Source: a bacterium HR37
GTDB taxonomy: Bacteria > Desulfobacterota_D > UBA1144 > Nemesobacterales > CSP1-2
Direction of reading: 5' to 3'
DNA length: 64,000 bases
Assembly (NCBI GenBank): GCA_002898375.1
Contig: BEIN01000012.1
Location: forward strand, 3,922-67,921
Position numbers and translations under genes: made by a program. Below the pieces are notes generated by a model. It saw nothing but the letters and a program-made list of their open reading frames with translations. It was not told the origin of the DNA and did no database searches. Within the stretch, counting starts at the first letter, position 1. Each line of letters starts with the position of its first letter. Shown piece by piece: positions 47,934 to 59,844 of this stretch.

Positions 47934-49640
47934 ATGGCAAGAAGAATGATTGGAGCGGAGATGTTTTTTGAGACCTTAATAGACCAGGGGGTCGATATAA
48001 TCTTTGGTCTTCCGGGTGGATACGTGCTTAAGGTATACGATGTTATGCCTAAATACAAACACGCCATAAAACACGTTCTTGCAAGGCATGAGCAGGCAGC
48101 AACACATATGGCGGACGGTTATGCAAGGGCTTCTGGAAGGGCCGGTGTTGTTCTTTGCACTTCCGGTCCTGCGGCTACAAACACCGTTACCGGAATAGCT
48201 ACAGCTCACATGGATTCGTCTCCTGTGGTTGTTTTTACCGGTCAGGTTCCCACTCCTTATCTTGGAAGCGATGCATTTCAGGAGGCTGATCATATAGGAA
48301 TAACGCGTCCCTGTACCAAGCACAACTGTCTGGTAAGAAGAACAAGAGATCTCCCACGCGCTATAAAAGAGGCTTTTTACATCGCTCTTACCGGAAGACC
48401 CGGACCTGTACTTGTGGATATGCCAAAGGACGTTCTTATTGGTGAAGATGAGTTTGAGATTCCAAAAGAGATCAACATAAGGGGGTACAAGCCTGTAACA
48501 AAGGGGCATCCGCTTCAAATAAAACGGGCGGTGGATATGATTCTCTCTTCTAAGAGGCCGGTTATCTTTGGAGGTGGTGGGCTTATATGGTCTGAAGCCA
48601 CCCCTGAACTTATAGAGTTTGCCCACAGGCTTCAGATTCCCGTAGCGCTTACCCTTATGGGGTTGGGAGCTTATCCTGCAGATGACCCGTATTTTCTTAG
48701 CATGCTCGGTATGCACGGCTCATACAAGGCCAATATGGCTGTTCATGAGAGTGACCTTATTATTGCAATAGGGGCCAGATTCGATGACAGGGCAACAGGT
48801 GGAAACTTCTCAAAGTTTGCTCCAAATGCAAGGATAATTCATATAGATATAGACCCCTCTTCAATTGACAAAAACATACGTGTTCACTGTCCGATAGTGG
48901 GTGATGCAAAGCAGGTTCTCAGACAGATTCTTGAGCTTATCCCCTCGGATTTCAAAGTTGATAGAAGAGAGTGGTTTGGTAAGATTGAGGAATGGGAGCG
49001 GCAACATCCTCTTGTATGTAAACAGAGTGATAAGAAGATAATGACCTCATTCTTGATAGATATGCTCTGGAGGCTTACAAAGGGAGATGCCATAATCGTT
49101 ACAGATGTGGGCCAGCATCAGATGTGGGTTGCTCAGTTTTACAAGTTTAAACGCCCACGGACACATATAACCTCAGGTGGACTGGGTACCATGGGGTTTG
49201 GTTTCCCTGCTGCAATGGGGGCTAAGTTTGCGCGTCCTGATGAGCTTGTTATCTGTGTTTCTGGAGATGGAAGCTTCCAGATGAATATGCAGGAGCTTGC
49301 TACCGCGGTGGAGAACAATATGGATTTAAAGGTAATTGTTATTAACAACGAGCACCATGGTATGGTTAGACAGTGGCAGACAATGTTTTTCAATCGTAAC
49401 TACTCAGCTTCCCATTTCGATGTAATGCCGGATTTTGTAAAGCTTGCAGAAGCTTTTGGAGCAAAGGGACTTAGGGCAACTCATCCGGATGAACTGGAAT
49501 CGACCCTTAAAGAGGGGCTTTTCAGTGAGGGTGTTGTTCTTATGGAGATAGTTGTAGATTATGAGGAGATGGTTTATCCTATGATTGCTCCTGGTGGTGC
49601 TATGAACGAGATGATACTGGAGCCTGCCGATGTTGCTTAA
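47934..49640 (+). CDS. ilvB: Acetolactate synthase large (catalytic) subunit
   Basis: Thiamine diphosphate-binding motifs (GLPGG ... [12 protein letters not shown]). Confidence 0.9.
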   Translation: MARRMIGAEMFFETLIDQGVDIIFGLPGGYVLKVYDVMPKYKHAIKHVLARHEQAATHMADGYARASGRAGVVLCTSGPAATNTVTGIATAHMDSSPVVVFTGQVPTPYLGSDAFQEADHIGITRPCTKHNCLVRRTRDLPRAIKEAFYIALTGRPGPVLVDMPKDVLIGEDEFEIPKEINIRGYKPVTKGHPLQIKRAVDMILSSKRPVIFGGGGLIWSEATPELIEFAHRLQIPVALTLMGLGAYPADDPYFLSMLGMHGSYKANMAVHESDLIIAIGARFDDRATGGNFSKFAPNARIIHIDIDPSSIDKNIRVHCPIVGDAKQVLRQILELIPSDFKVDRREWFGKIEEWERQHPLVCKQSDKKIMTSFLIDMLWRLTKGDAIIVTDVGQHQMWVAQFYKFKRPRTHITSGGLGTMGFGFPAAMGAKFARPDELVICVSGDGSFQMNMQELATAVENNMDLKVIVINNEHHGMVRQWQTMFFNRNYSASHFDVMPDFVKLAEAFGAKGLRATHPDELESTLKEGLFSEGVVLMEIVVDYEEMVYPMIAPGGAMNEMILEPADVA

Positions 49641-49714
49641 ACACTGAAATAAAGTAAGGTTAATTTTACCTCTGTAATAATCTCTAAATTCCAAGAATTG
49701 GAGGTTTAGGTAAA

Positions 49715-50212
49715 GTGAGGCACACTATTTCGATTCTTGTGGATAACGAACCCGGGGTTCTTGCAAGAATTGCAGGGCTTTTTAGCGCAAGAGGATTTAA
49801 CATCGAAAGCCTCTGTGTTGCTGAAACCCTTGATCCAACGATGTCACGTATAACCCTGGTTACAAGCGGTGATGACTGGATAATAGAACAGATCATAAAG
49901 AGATTCAATAACATGATAAATGTTATAAAGGTCCAGGACCTTACCGAGTTTACACGTGTGGAAAGAGAGATGGTGCTTGTAAGGGTTGAGGCAACTCCAG
50001 AAACCAGGGCTGAGATTCTCCGGACTGCAGATATATTTAGAGCAAAGGTTGTGGATGTAGGCCCAAAGACCTATATGCTTGAGCTTACGGGGGATCAGGA
50101 TAAGATAGATGCCTTTTTGGAGATATTAAAACCACTGGGGATAAGGGAGATTGCTAGAACCGGGACTGTGGCCCTTGCAAGGGAACTTCAAAACAGCAAT
50201 AAGAGGAGATAG
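49715..50212 (+). CDS. ilvN: Acetolactate synthase small (regulatory) subunit
   Basis: ACT domain (HTISILVDNEPGVLARIAGLFSARGFNIESL). GTG start. Confidence 0.85.
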   Translation: MRHTISILVDNEPGVLARIAGLFSARGFNIESLCVAETLDPTMSRITLVTSGDDWIIEQIIKRFNNMINVIKVQDLTEFTRVEREMVLVRVEATPETRAEILRTADIFRAKVVDVGPKTYMLELTGDQDKIDAFLEILKPLGIREIARTGTVALARELQNSNKRR

Positions 50213-51866
<1,654 letters not shown>

Positions 51867-51888
<22 letters not shown>

Positions 51889-52703
51889 AGATGAGAAGAA
51901 AAAAAACAAGAAGGCAGAGTTTAATACCACTTCTGCCCAATCTTCTTACAACAGGCAACCTTTTTTTTGGTTTGTTATCCATAATGACTTCTATACAGAT
52001 TGTGGCTTTGCGTGGATTGGGGGATGTTTCTGGTGAATGGGTTTATAGAAAATTCTGGTGGGCTTCAGCTTTTATAGCGATTGCTGCGGTCCTTGATTTC
52101 TTTGATGGAAAACTGGCAAGGGCACTTAAATCTGAAACCAGTTTTGGCCTATCGTACGATTCGCTCTCTGATCTGGTCTCTTTTGGTGTTGCTCCTGGAG
52201 TGCTTATGTATAGCTGGGTTCTTATTGATTCTGGAAAACTTGGACTCATGGTGGTTTTGTTCTATATAGTGTGCACTGCATTAAGGTTGGCAAGGTTTAA
52301 TGTTCAATCAAAGACGGTTGAGAAATTCGGTTTTAAAGGGCTTCCAAGCCCCATGGCTGCCGGGCTTGTTTACTCTCCAATCATGCTTTTTTCTGCGATT
52401 CTAAGTTCACCCGATGAAAAGGTAATGTGGTTCTATCTTGTGGTTGCTCCCTTTGCCGGCCTTCTCATGGTAAGTGATATTCCGTATTGGAAGTATCCCA
52501 GATTTAGGTTCTGGGGGCCTTTTAATGCTCTGGTTGTTGCCTCAATAATTATTACTGCGGTTGTTACCAATCCTGAAATAGCCATAATCTCTGTAGTCTA
52601 TCTATACTGCTTGCTTGGATTGGTTTTTTATCTGATAAGGCAGTTAAGGAAGAAAACAGCCCCCGTGGTAGATGAGCTCGAATCCAGAGAAACTCATTTA
52701 TAG
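51867..52703 (+). CDS. pssA: CDP-diacylglycerol--serine O-phosphatidyltransferase
   Basis: CDP-alcohol phosphatidyltransferase motif DFFDGKLAR...G...DSLSD. Multi-TM protein. Confidence 0.8.
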
Positions 52704-52755
52704 CTTGTATTTAACTTTTTTCTTTTAAGTAAGTAGTCCTCTTAGGAGACAAAGC

Positions 52756-55455
52756 ATGCGTTATTTACTAGGCTTTCTCTCAGGTATAATGATACTCACA
52801 CATTCAATGGAGTACAGGTCGATGGGTATTGAGAGAAGCAAAGATAGGTTTGAAGGTGTAATGTTAGTTGAGGATAAACTTGGTGTTACAAAGCTAAGAC
52901 TTGAGAATGGTCTTACTGTTCTTCTTGAAGAAAACCATTCCGCTCCCGTTGTTTCTGTAAATGTCTGGGTTAAGGTGGGAAGCGTTTGTGAGCAGGAAGG
53001 AGAATATGGGCTTGCCCATGTTCACGAACATATGGTCTTTAAGGGAACGGAGAAGAGAAGCGTTGGGGAGATAGCAAGGGTTATTGAGGGTGATGGAGGC
53101 GATATAAACGCTTTTACCTCCTTTACACAGACCGTCTATTATGTAACCATAGCCAGCAGGTTTCTTGATACGGCACTCGATGTCCTTTCAGATGCTATGG
53201 GCAATGCCACTTTTGATGCAGGTGAGCTCAGGAAAGAGCTTGAGGTTATACTTGAGGAGATAAGGCGGGGTGAGGATATTCCCTCAAGGGTACTCAGTGA
53301 GAGGTTGTTTGCAGAGGCCTACAGGGTTCATCCTTTTAGAAGACCGATTATAGGAACCAGGGAAAGCGTTAGCAGTTTTACCCGTGAAAAGGTACTCAAT
53401 TTCTATAGAAAGTGGTATTCACCAAACAATATGGTGCTTGTTGTGGTTGGTGATTTTGATACCGGTAAGGTTATACCAAAGATAAAAGAGATGTTTGGAA
53501 CTCTAAAACCAAAGCCTGTTCCCGATTGCAGGGTTCCACAGGAACCACCTCAAAATGAGCTAAGACCGTTTGTGTTTGATAAGGCTGTCCAGGAAGGATA
53601 CTTTTCCCTTGCCTTTCATATTCCGGATGTAAGACATGAGGATTCTCCGGTTCTAGATGTAATAGCACACATACTTGGTGGTGGAGAAAGCTCAAGACTC
53701 TACAGGAGAGTAAAGGAGGATAAGGGGCTTGTAACAAGAATCTACAGCTATTCGTTTACCCCAAAGTATCCCGGTCTCTTTGTTGTTGGTGGAACGCTTG
53801 ATCCCGACAAAGCCAGTAGTGCTCTCTCTGAAATCCTTAAGGAAACATACCGTTTAAAATACGAACCTGTTAGCCTGGAAGAACTTTCAAGAGCAAAGGT
53901 TAACATAGAAAGTGAGTCCATATATTCTAAGGAGACAGTACAGGGACAGGCTCAGAAATTGGGATATTACGAGGTTGAAGCTGGTGATTACAAGTATGAA
54001 AGTGAGTACCTGTGGAGAATATCACAGGTTACACAGGAAGATATAATAAGGGTTGCCAGAAAGTATTTTAAGAACACCAACCTTACAGCTGGTTTTCTGT
54101 TACCTACCGGACAGCAAACGATAAAGGAAGAGGATATAGTTGAGATTGCGCGTTCTTCTTCAGAGGCAATTGAGAGGGAGTTTAAAGCCTTATTGGTGTC
54201 TCCATCAAGTGAGGTAAAGAGGGTTGTTCTAGAAAACGGTATTACCGTCCTTATAAAGGAGAACCATTCTGTTCCGCTTTTTGCTGCCCGTGCTGTTTTT
54301 CTAGGAGGAACCAGATTCGAAGACGAAAAAACAAACGGTATCTTTAACTTCTTATCCGAGATGTTTACACGTGGCACCGAAAAAAGAAGCACTGAGGACA
54401 TTGCACGTGAGATAGAATCAATTGCAGGTGAGGTAAGTGGTTTCTCCGGAAGGAATAGCTTTGGTGTGACTGTAGAGGCTCTTAGCAGAAACTTCGATAA
54501 GGCCATGGATATATTTGCAGATGTTATACTCAATCCGTCCTTTAAACCTGAGGAGGTTGAGCGGGCACGAAGGGACATACTATCCGATATAAACCGTGAA
54601 GCGGATAACCCGGTAAAGGTAGCTGTAAATCTCTTCCTGGAAACCTTATATAAGAAGCACCCATACAGGTTTAATATCCTTGGTACCAAGGACACTGTAA
54701 GCAGGATAACAAGGGATGAGTTGGTTTCTTTCTACAGAAGGTATGTCCGTCCAGAAAACATGGTTATAGCTGTTGTAGGAGATGTTGGGGAAAAAGATGT
54801 ATTGAGTGTGGTGGATAAGTATTTTAAACACATGGAAAAGGGTCATTTTAAACCTCCTGCAGTAAGCCCTGAGCCACCTCCAGATAGTGTAAGGGTAGGG
54901 GTAGTTAAACAGAAGGACAAGGCTCAAACCCATATAATACTTGGTTTTCAGGCACCCACTATTAAAGACCCTGATCAGTATCCTTTTGAGGTTTTAAATG
55001 CGGTTCTTGCAGGTCAGGGAGGAAGGCTTTTTATAGAGCTTAGAGATAAAAGAAGCCTTGCTTACTCTGTTACTTCTTTTCTTAACTTTGGGCTGGAGCC
55101 GGGTTTCTTTGGAGTCTACATAGGGTGTGCTCCGGAAAAAGAAGAAGAGGCTATCTCCGGTATAAAAGAGCAGCTCTCTTTGATTCTAAAAGAAGGTATT
55201 ACTCCAGATGAGTTAAAACGTGCTCAGAACTACCTTGTAGGAAACTTTGAAATAGGTCTTCAGCAGAACTCCTCTCAGGCTGCAAAAATCGCCTTTGATG
55301 AGCTCTATGGAGTAGGATGGGATGAATACAAGAAGTATCCGGAGAAGATATACTCGGTAACTAGAGAAGATGTACTTAGAGTAGCAAGAAAGTATATAGA
55401 CCTCAACAAATATGCTATTGCTATAGTGAGACCGGAAGAAGAGGGAAATCTCTGA
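52756..55455 (+). CDS. M16-family zinc peptidase (tandem M16 units, pitrilysin-like)
   Basis: Inverted zinc motif HVHEHMVFKGT near the N-terminus and a second inactive-type M16 repeat in the C-terminal half. 899 aa. Confidence 0.8.
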   Translation: MRYLLGFLSGIMILTHSMEYRSMGIERSKDRFEGVMLVEDKLGVTKLRLENGLTVLLEENHSAPVVSVNVWVKVGSVCEQEGEYGLAHVHEHMVFKGTEKRSVGEIARVIEGDGGDINAFTSFTQTVYYVTIASRFLDTALDVLSDAMGNATFDAGELRKELEVILEEIRRGEDIPSRVLSERLFAEAYRVHPFRRPIIGTRESVSSFTREKVLNFYRKWYSPNNMVLVVVGDFDTGKVIPKIKEMFGTLKPKPVPDCRVPQEPPQNELRPFVFDKAVQEGYFSLAFHIPDVRHEDSPVLDVIAHILGGGESSRLYRRVKEDKGLVTRIYSYSFTPKYPGLFVVGGTLDPDKASSALSEILKETYRLKYEPVSLEELSRAKVNIESESIYSKETVQGQAQKLGYYEVEAGDYKYESEYLWRISQVTQEDIIRVARKYFKNTNLTAGFLLPTGQQTIKEEDIVEIARSSSEAIEREFKALLVSPSSEVKRVVLENGITVLIKENHSVPLFAARAVFLGGTRFEDEKTNGIFNFLSEMFTRGTEKRSTEDIAREIESIAGEVSGFSGRNSFGVTVEALSRNFDKAMDIFADVILNPSFKPEEVERARRDILSDINREADNPVKVAVNLFLETLYKKHPYRFNILGTKDTVSRITRDELVSFYRRYVRPENMVIAVVGDVGEKDVLSVVDKYFKHMEKGHFKPPAVSPEPPPDSVRVGVVKQKDKAQTHIILGFQAPTIKDPDQYPFEVLNAVLAGQGGRLFIELRDKRSLAYSVTSFLNFGLEPGFFGVYIGCAPEKEEEAISGIKEQLSLILKEGITPDELKRAQNYLVGNFEIGLQQNSSQAAKIAFDELYGVGWDEYKKYPEKIYSVTREDVLRVARKYIDLNKYAIAIVRPEEEGNL

Positions 55456-55458
55456 TTC

Positions 55459-55734
55459 TTACACAACGATTACATCATCTTGTAGTACCCTCTTTACTGT
55501 TCCAAGCCTCTCAATCTTTTGAAGGCATCTGGGACAGAGTTCATAGAAGATTACGCTGTCTTCTTTTTTTATTATCTTCTCAACCTTTCTTTTCATTATA
55601 AGCAGGTTTGTATCACTAAGCCTACATTCAAAGACGCTTAGTTGCACAGGGGTTCCAAAACCCTCAAGGGTTTTAAACAGTTTTAACCTCCTCTTATCAT
55701 CTGTTATGTCGTAGGCAAGAACTATGTTTCTCAT
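55459..55734 (-). CDS. cas2: CRISPR-associated endoribonuclease Cas2
   Basis: 91 aa with the Cas2 pattern (LVLAYDITDDKRR.K..K.L..FG..VQ.SVFEC). It lies directly downstream of the cas4-cas1 fusion gene. Confidence 0.85.
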   Translation of the reverse strand: MRNIVLAYDITDDKRRLKLFKTLEGFGTPVQLSVFECRLSDTNLLIMKRKVEKIIKKEDSVIFYELCPRCLQKIERLGTVKRVLQDDVIVV

Positions 55735-57347
55735 CTAAGTGCAAAGGGTATGTATTCCTCTATCTCTCCCTTTATGAACTTGGCAAGGAGCCTTGCTTGT
55801 ATCTCAAATGCCCTGCGATAGCTTACCCGGTACTCAAAGATAGGATGCAGTATCTCAGATTGAATTTTTCCTATATAGGCCTTAAAGAAGGTTTCTCTAC
55901 CCTTTTCCTGTATGTATATGCCACCGAATCTTTCTTTAAAATCCTCTTTTGTAAACATGTTTCTGTTAAGAACGGATAAAACAAGTGAGTCCACTATTAC
56001 CGGACGAAACTCCTCCATCAGATCAAGTGCAAGGGCTGGTCTTCCATATCTTGTGGAGTGAAGAAAACCAATGTAGGGGTCAAACCCCACGGTGGATACG
56101 GTTGATATAAAATTACCCACAAGAAGACTATATCCGAAGCTAAGAAGGGCATTTACCGGGTCTCTAGGTGGTCGTTTTGTTCTCTTCTCAAAATCAAAGT
56201 CAAGCTTTGGTTTTAATAGCTTTCCAAATACTCTAAAGTAGTCTCTTGTTGCAATCCCTTCAAGACCAAGGAGTTCTTCTTTATCTCCTGCATCGGGTAT
56301 CCTGGTAATAACATTTTTAATCCGAATGCATGCTTCATCTATCTCTCTGTCCCCAAATTCCCTGTTTTGTCTTAGTAGAAGAGTTCGCATGTTAAGTAGC
56401 TTTCCCTTTACAAAGGACTTTGATACCTCTAGGGTAAAATCCCTGTCTATATGTCTTCTGTACTGCTCGATCCTCAAAAGAGAGTTTTTGTTCTCTTCGG
56501 GAACAAATTTACCCTCAAATCTACCGAATGTGGATTGATATACTATATCAACATTAAGCCTTAGGAGGAACTTTAGGGCTTGTGTGGATATGTTTGCGTT
56601 TGCTGATATAATTAACTGCCTAAGATAAGAGGCGGGTATCTCTGTTATAACTTTTCCGTCTTTAGTAACCGTAATCTTCCCTCCTCTCTTACCGATATAA
56701 GCACCGTGTTCGTCCACATAGAGGACTCTTCCGGTGTTGAGTTCGGTTATAATGCGTTTTGGTTTTTCCCCTTTTTCCTTAATAAACCTGGTTTCAAAGG
56801 GAAGGCATACAGAAAGCAGAGAACAACCATGACATCGTGTGTCTGCAACGGGTTCAGGGATCTCACCTCTGTAGAGTATTTCCCTGGCTTTATCTATTGC
56901 CTCAATGGATTTGTTTCTGAGTTCCTGACTAAATTCTACCCTTCTTCTTACCCTAGATGAGTAGTAGTATATGTATCCATATTGAACCGTTTTCCCCACG
57001 TGTTCTTCTAAAAGAAGTGCCTCAAGACAGAGTTGAACATCGTCTGAAAGGCTCTCCTTTAGGTATCCCCTTTTATACTCTATTGGGTAGATTTCTCCGT
57101 CATTTTCAACAGCATCAAGAACCCCAATTATACCAAGCCTTTCAGAAGAGAGGGTTATTTCTTTAACCTGTAGTTTTTCCTGTGTTCTAAGCCTTTCTCT
57201 TTCTTTTCTCTTCTCATCCTTAATGTTTCCTTCCACTACAAATCTGTTTACTGTGTTTTCTCCTTCGCATGCCCGATAGTAAAAGTTTCTTGGACAGAAT
57301 ACAAGCTCTGCAACCAGTGATACCGGTATAAGCTCATCCCACATCAT
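55731..57347 (-). CDS. cas1: Cas4-Cas1 fusion protein
   Basis: N-terminal Cas4/RecB nuclease with one N-proximal Cys (FCPRNF) and a C-x2-C-x5-C cluster (CHGCSLLSVC). The C-terminal ~340 aa form a Cas1 integrase fold (GRVLYVDEHGAYIGKRGGKITV...). Confidence 0.85.
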   Translation of the reverse strand: MMWDELIPVSLVAELVFCPRNFYYRACEGENTVNRFVVEGNIKDEKRKERERLRTQEKLQVKEITLSSERLGIIGVLDAVENDGEIYPIEYKRGYLKESLSDDVQLCLEALLLEEHVGKTVQYGYIYYYSSRVRRRVEFSQELRNKSIEAIDKAREILYRGEIPEPVADTRCHGCSLLSVCLPFETRFIKEKGEKPKRIITELNTGRVLYVDEHGAYIGKRGGKITVTKDGKVITEIPASYLRQLIISANANISTQALKFLLRLNVDIVYQSTFGRFEGKFVPEENKNSLLRIEQYRRHIDRDFTLEVSKSFVKGKLLNMRTLLLRQNREFGDREIDEACIRIKNVITRIPDAGDKEELLGLEGIATRDYFRVFGKLLKPKLDFDFEKRTKRPPRDPVNALLSFGYSLLVGNFISTVSTVGFDPYIGFLHSTRYGRPALALDLMEEFRPVIVDSLVLSVLNRNMFTKEDFKERFGGIYIQEKGRETFFKAYIGKIQSEILHPIFEYRVSYRRAFEIQARLLAKFIKGEIEEYIPFALR

Positions 57348-57958
57348 GACTCTCTGTATGTTCTTTTTACAGAAGGTATTTTTGAGTATCTGCCTTTCTC
57401 AAAGTGAAATAGCTCAATATTGTAGTGTGATAGCCCTATAAGCTGTCCTAACTGAAACCCAAGAACAACTGGCATTGATAGAAACAGTTGAATTTTTGGG
57501 CCCTTGTGTACGGTGTTTATTGTTCTAACAAAGTTCCACACCCTTTTTGCAATTGTGGGAAAAGCGGTTAGTGGTATCTCTTCTACATGGGAGATCAGGT
57601 ATTCTACGGGTCTTTCAAGCTGTATTCTTACGTCTTCTTCAATCTTTCTGGAGAATTCTACAACAAGTGTTATATCGTTTTCCAAAGCAGCTTTTTTAAT
57701 GTAGTTGTTTATCGCCGTTATATCGTTGTTTTGGATGAACTCTTTATAAGCACACATAAGGTCGTTTCCAAGCTCTCCTTTAAGTGATATCAAGGGTAAG
57801 GAGGGTGTTTTATCTCTGGTGTTGGTATCTTTTTTCTGATTCGCCAAGGATAGAGAACCTCTTCTTCTCACTCCTTTATTTACAGCAATCTGTATGACTT
57901 TCCCAAAGATAAGTCCAGAGACGCTTTCCAGTAAGGAGGTTGCAAGTATCTCAATCAT
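57344..57958 (-). CDS. Unassigned cas-locus protein (204 aa), translationally coupled to cas4-cas1
   Basis: Its stop overlaps the cas4-cas1 ATG (ATGA). The first ~26 aa are hydrophobic and the C-terminus carries a Gly/Leu-rich motif (LSMPVVLGFQLGQLIG). No family recognised. Confidence 0.4.
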   Translation of the reverse strand: MIEILATSLLESVSGLIFGKVIQIAVNKGVRRRGSLSLANQKKDTNTRDKTPSLPLISLKGELGNDLMCAYKEFIQNNDITAINNYIKKAALENDITLVVEFSRKIEEDVRIQLERPVEYLISHVEEIPLTAFPTIAKRVWNFVRTINTVHKGPKIQLFLSMPVVLGFQLGQLIGLSHYNIELFHFEKGRYSKIPSVKRTYRES

Positions 57959-58056
57959 GGTAAACGTTTTTTTCTCTTTTGGGTAATCTTAAAACAGTTA
58001 GGGATTTGGTTAAAGGTAGAGCAACCTTTCAGAAATATTTCAGATTATTTGGTTAG

Positions 58057-59139
58057 CTAAGTAAGGACTACAGGCCTTATCTTGCTTCTGTCAATGTGAA
58101 TTCCGTATCTTGTATGGCCATAAACTCTTTTTTGCCCTAATGGGGTTATTTTGTAATATATTGCTATCTTTTTATCATCAAGGGCATTTTCTATAGCCCT
58201 GTTAATCTTACTTATATCCTGGAGTAGATTCTCTGTAGAGAATTTATATCTTCTGAGATCAGCATCTGGTATCATGCTTTTTATATAAGACTTAATATCA
58301 TCCAGGTTGTTTTTTATCGAGTGTGTTCCTTTAAGTGCCTGAAAGCACTCTTCTTCGCTCATGTTAAGTCTTCTCTGTACGAAGTAGGTGTATAGAGCCA
58401 GGAGTTTGGGATTTAGTTTTATTTCCCTATTTCCAATTAGCAATCTCCTATTTTTGAGATCAACTTGAAGGGAGTACAGTGAGGGGCTTATATCTATTTC
58501 CCTCTGGGCTATCTTAACCAGTTCACTGAACGAGAATTTTTCAGAACCAAACAGATTGTCTAGCTTCCCTCTTAACCTTACGTAAGGAATCTCAGCTAGG
58601 TGAATGGGTGCTTTTTCTCTTCTTGATTTTGATGGATAAAAGAAGCTCTTGTTCTGTTCCAGTTTTTCATCTACAAGGACATGTGAGAGAGTATCTTCCT
58701 TTCTTCCAAACAGCATAAGGGCATAGGCAAGGTAGATAGACATTGTTTTTCTTCCTCCTGCAATGGAGCAGTGAAGAATGACATCTGGATCTTTTGTCTT
58801 TTCTTTTATAAACTCTGTAATCTGGTCCGCAACCAGCTCATTATCTTTTACGGTGCGTATATCCTTAAGTGGTTTTCCTTTTGAGTCTTTAAGCAGTATT
58901 ATGGAATCTTCACCAAATTGGATTGATGATGGAGTTATACCATATTCTTTACAGAATGATAAAAGCATCTTTTTGTTGATGAGTTTATCTACAACCTCTT
59001 TTTTCCCGTTTAAAGTTGTTATGACAATGATTCTTGATATTCTGGCAGGAGGTTTCTTTATTTGGGTAAGGTAGTATAGTGTTTCTGTTATAACTTGAGG
59101 ATTAAGTCCAGCAACTGCGACGAGTATTTCCTCTTTCAT
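58057..59139 (-). CDS. CARF-domain protein with C-terminal wHTH-like region (Csa3/Csx1-like sensor, no HEPN motif)
   Basis: N-terminal Rossmann-like CARF motifs (ILVAVAGLNPQVITETLYYL ... ILHCSIAGGRKTMS). The C-terminal stretch (KLNPKLLALYTYFVQRR...) looks like a winged helix. No R-x4-6-H found. Confidence 0.55.
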   Translation of the reverse strand: MKEEILVAVAGLNPQVITETLYYLTQIKKPPARISRIIVITTLNGKKEVVDKLINKKMLLSFCKEYGITPSSIQFGEDSIILLKDSKGKPLKDIRTVKDNELVADQITEFIKEKTKDPDVILHCSIAGGRKTMSIYLAYALMLFGRKEDTLSHVLVDEKLEQNKSFFYPSKSRREKAPIHLAEIPYVRLRGKLDNLFGSEKFSFSELVKIAQREIDISPSLYSLQVDLKNRRLLIGNREIKLNPKLLALYTYFVQRRLNMSEEECFQALKGTHSIKNNLDDIKSYIKSMIPDADLRRYKFSTENLLQDISKINRAIENALDDKKIAIYYKITPLGQKRVYGHTRYGIHIDRSKIRPVVLT

Positions 59140-59465
59140 CGTTTTCTTTTAACCTTAGTCTGAACCTTTCTCTGTTCTACTATATTTAAACCAGAAAGAT
59201 AACTCATTCAACCTGTAAATACTATTATGTATAACCTTAAATTTTACCTCTTCTTTTCTAAACCAAGCCCGTTTAAATTCCAAGAAAAACATGATCAAGC
59301 ACTCTCTCTATACCCGAGCTGAATGCTGAAGCCTTTCTATGCATTTAAACTGTTATACCTGTTGCAACAGGTATATAGGTTCAAACCGTCAAGTAGTATA
59401 TAGGATTTCAACTTATTTTATAGGTTCCCGTATCAGGTTTGATAAGACTGATATTGCATAAATGC

Positions 59466-59633
59466 TTAAAGCGTTATTCGTCCTCTCCCAAAAATAAGAG
59501 ATATTACAAATAAGACCAGGAAAAGTATAAATAGAATCTTTGCAATACCTGCTGCGGTGCCTGCAATACCACTGAATCCTAAAACTCCTGCGACCAATGC
59601 TATAATTAAAAAAACTGCTGCCCATCCCAGCAT
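59466..59633 (-). CDS. UPF0391/DUF1328-family small membrane protein (55 aa), not in ORF track
   Basis: ATG with ribosome-binding site GGAGGTAGG. Translation [55 protein letters not shown] matches the conserved YtjA-like pattern (GFSGIAG.A..IAKILF). Confidence 0.55.
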   Translation of the reverse strand: MLGWAAVFLIIALVAGVLGFSGIAGTAAGIAKILFILFLVLFVISLIFGRGRITL

Positions 59634-59844
59634 TTATCCTACCTCCTTTTTATTACCCGAAAGCGGGTTTAACCCGTTTTATACATAAACCTCTTCCTAT
59701 AGTCTCACGAATAGTTCCTCCTGTCAATAAAAATTTGCTCTCCAATGGGTCTGTGTTTGTTAAAATAAGCTTTTTACCTTAATGAGGACTGTGAATATTT
59801 CCCAAAGGAATTACAACCTGAAGCAAATGTACCCTTTGGTGAGA

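Noticed and set aside
53988-54695. 235-aa minus-strand ORF
   Set aside because: It is antisense within the M16 peptidase gene. Its Ser/Leu-rich composition is consistent with a shadow frame.
59413-59625. 70-aa minus-strand ORF from the track
   Set aside because: It has low-complexity, non-protein-like composition. A different frame on the same strand encodes a much more convincing DUF1328/UPF0391 protein with a ribosome-binding site (59466-59633).
59640-59700. Small hairpin CCCGAAAGCGGG followed by TTTAACCCGTTTT near the distal end of the array
   Set aside because: The stem is short and the T-run is interrupted. The orientation relative to minus-strand array transcription does not give a canonical terminator, so the evidence is insufficient.
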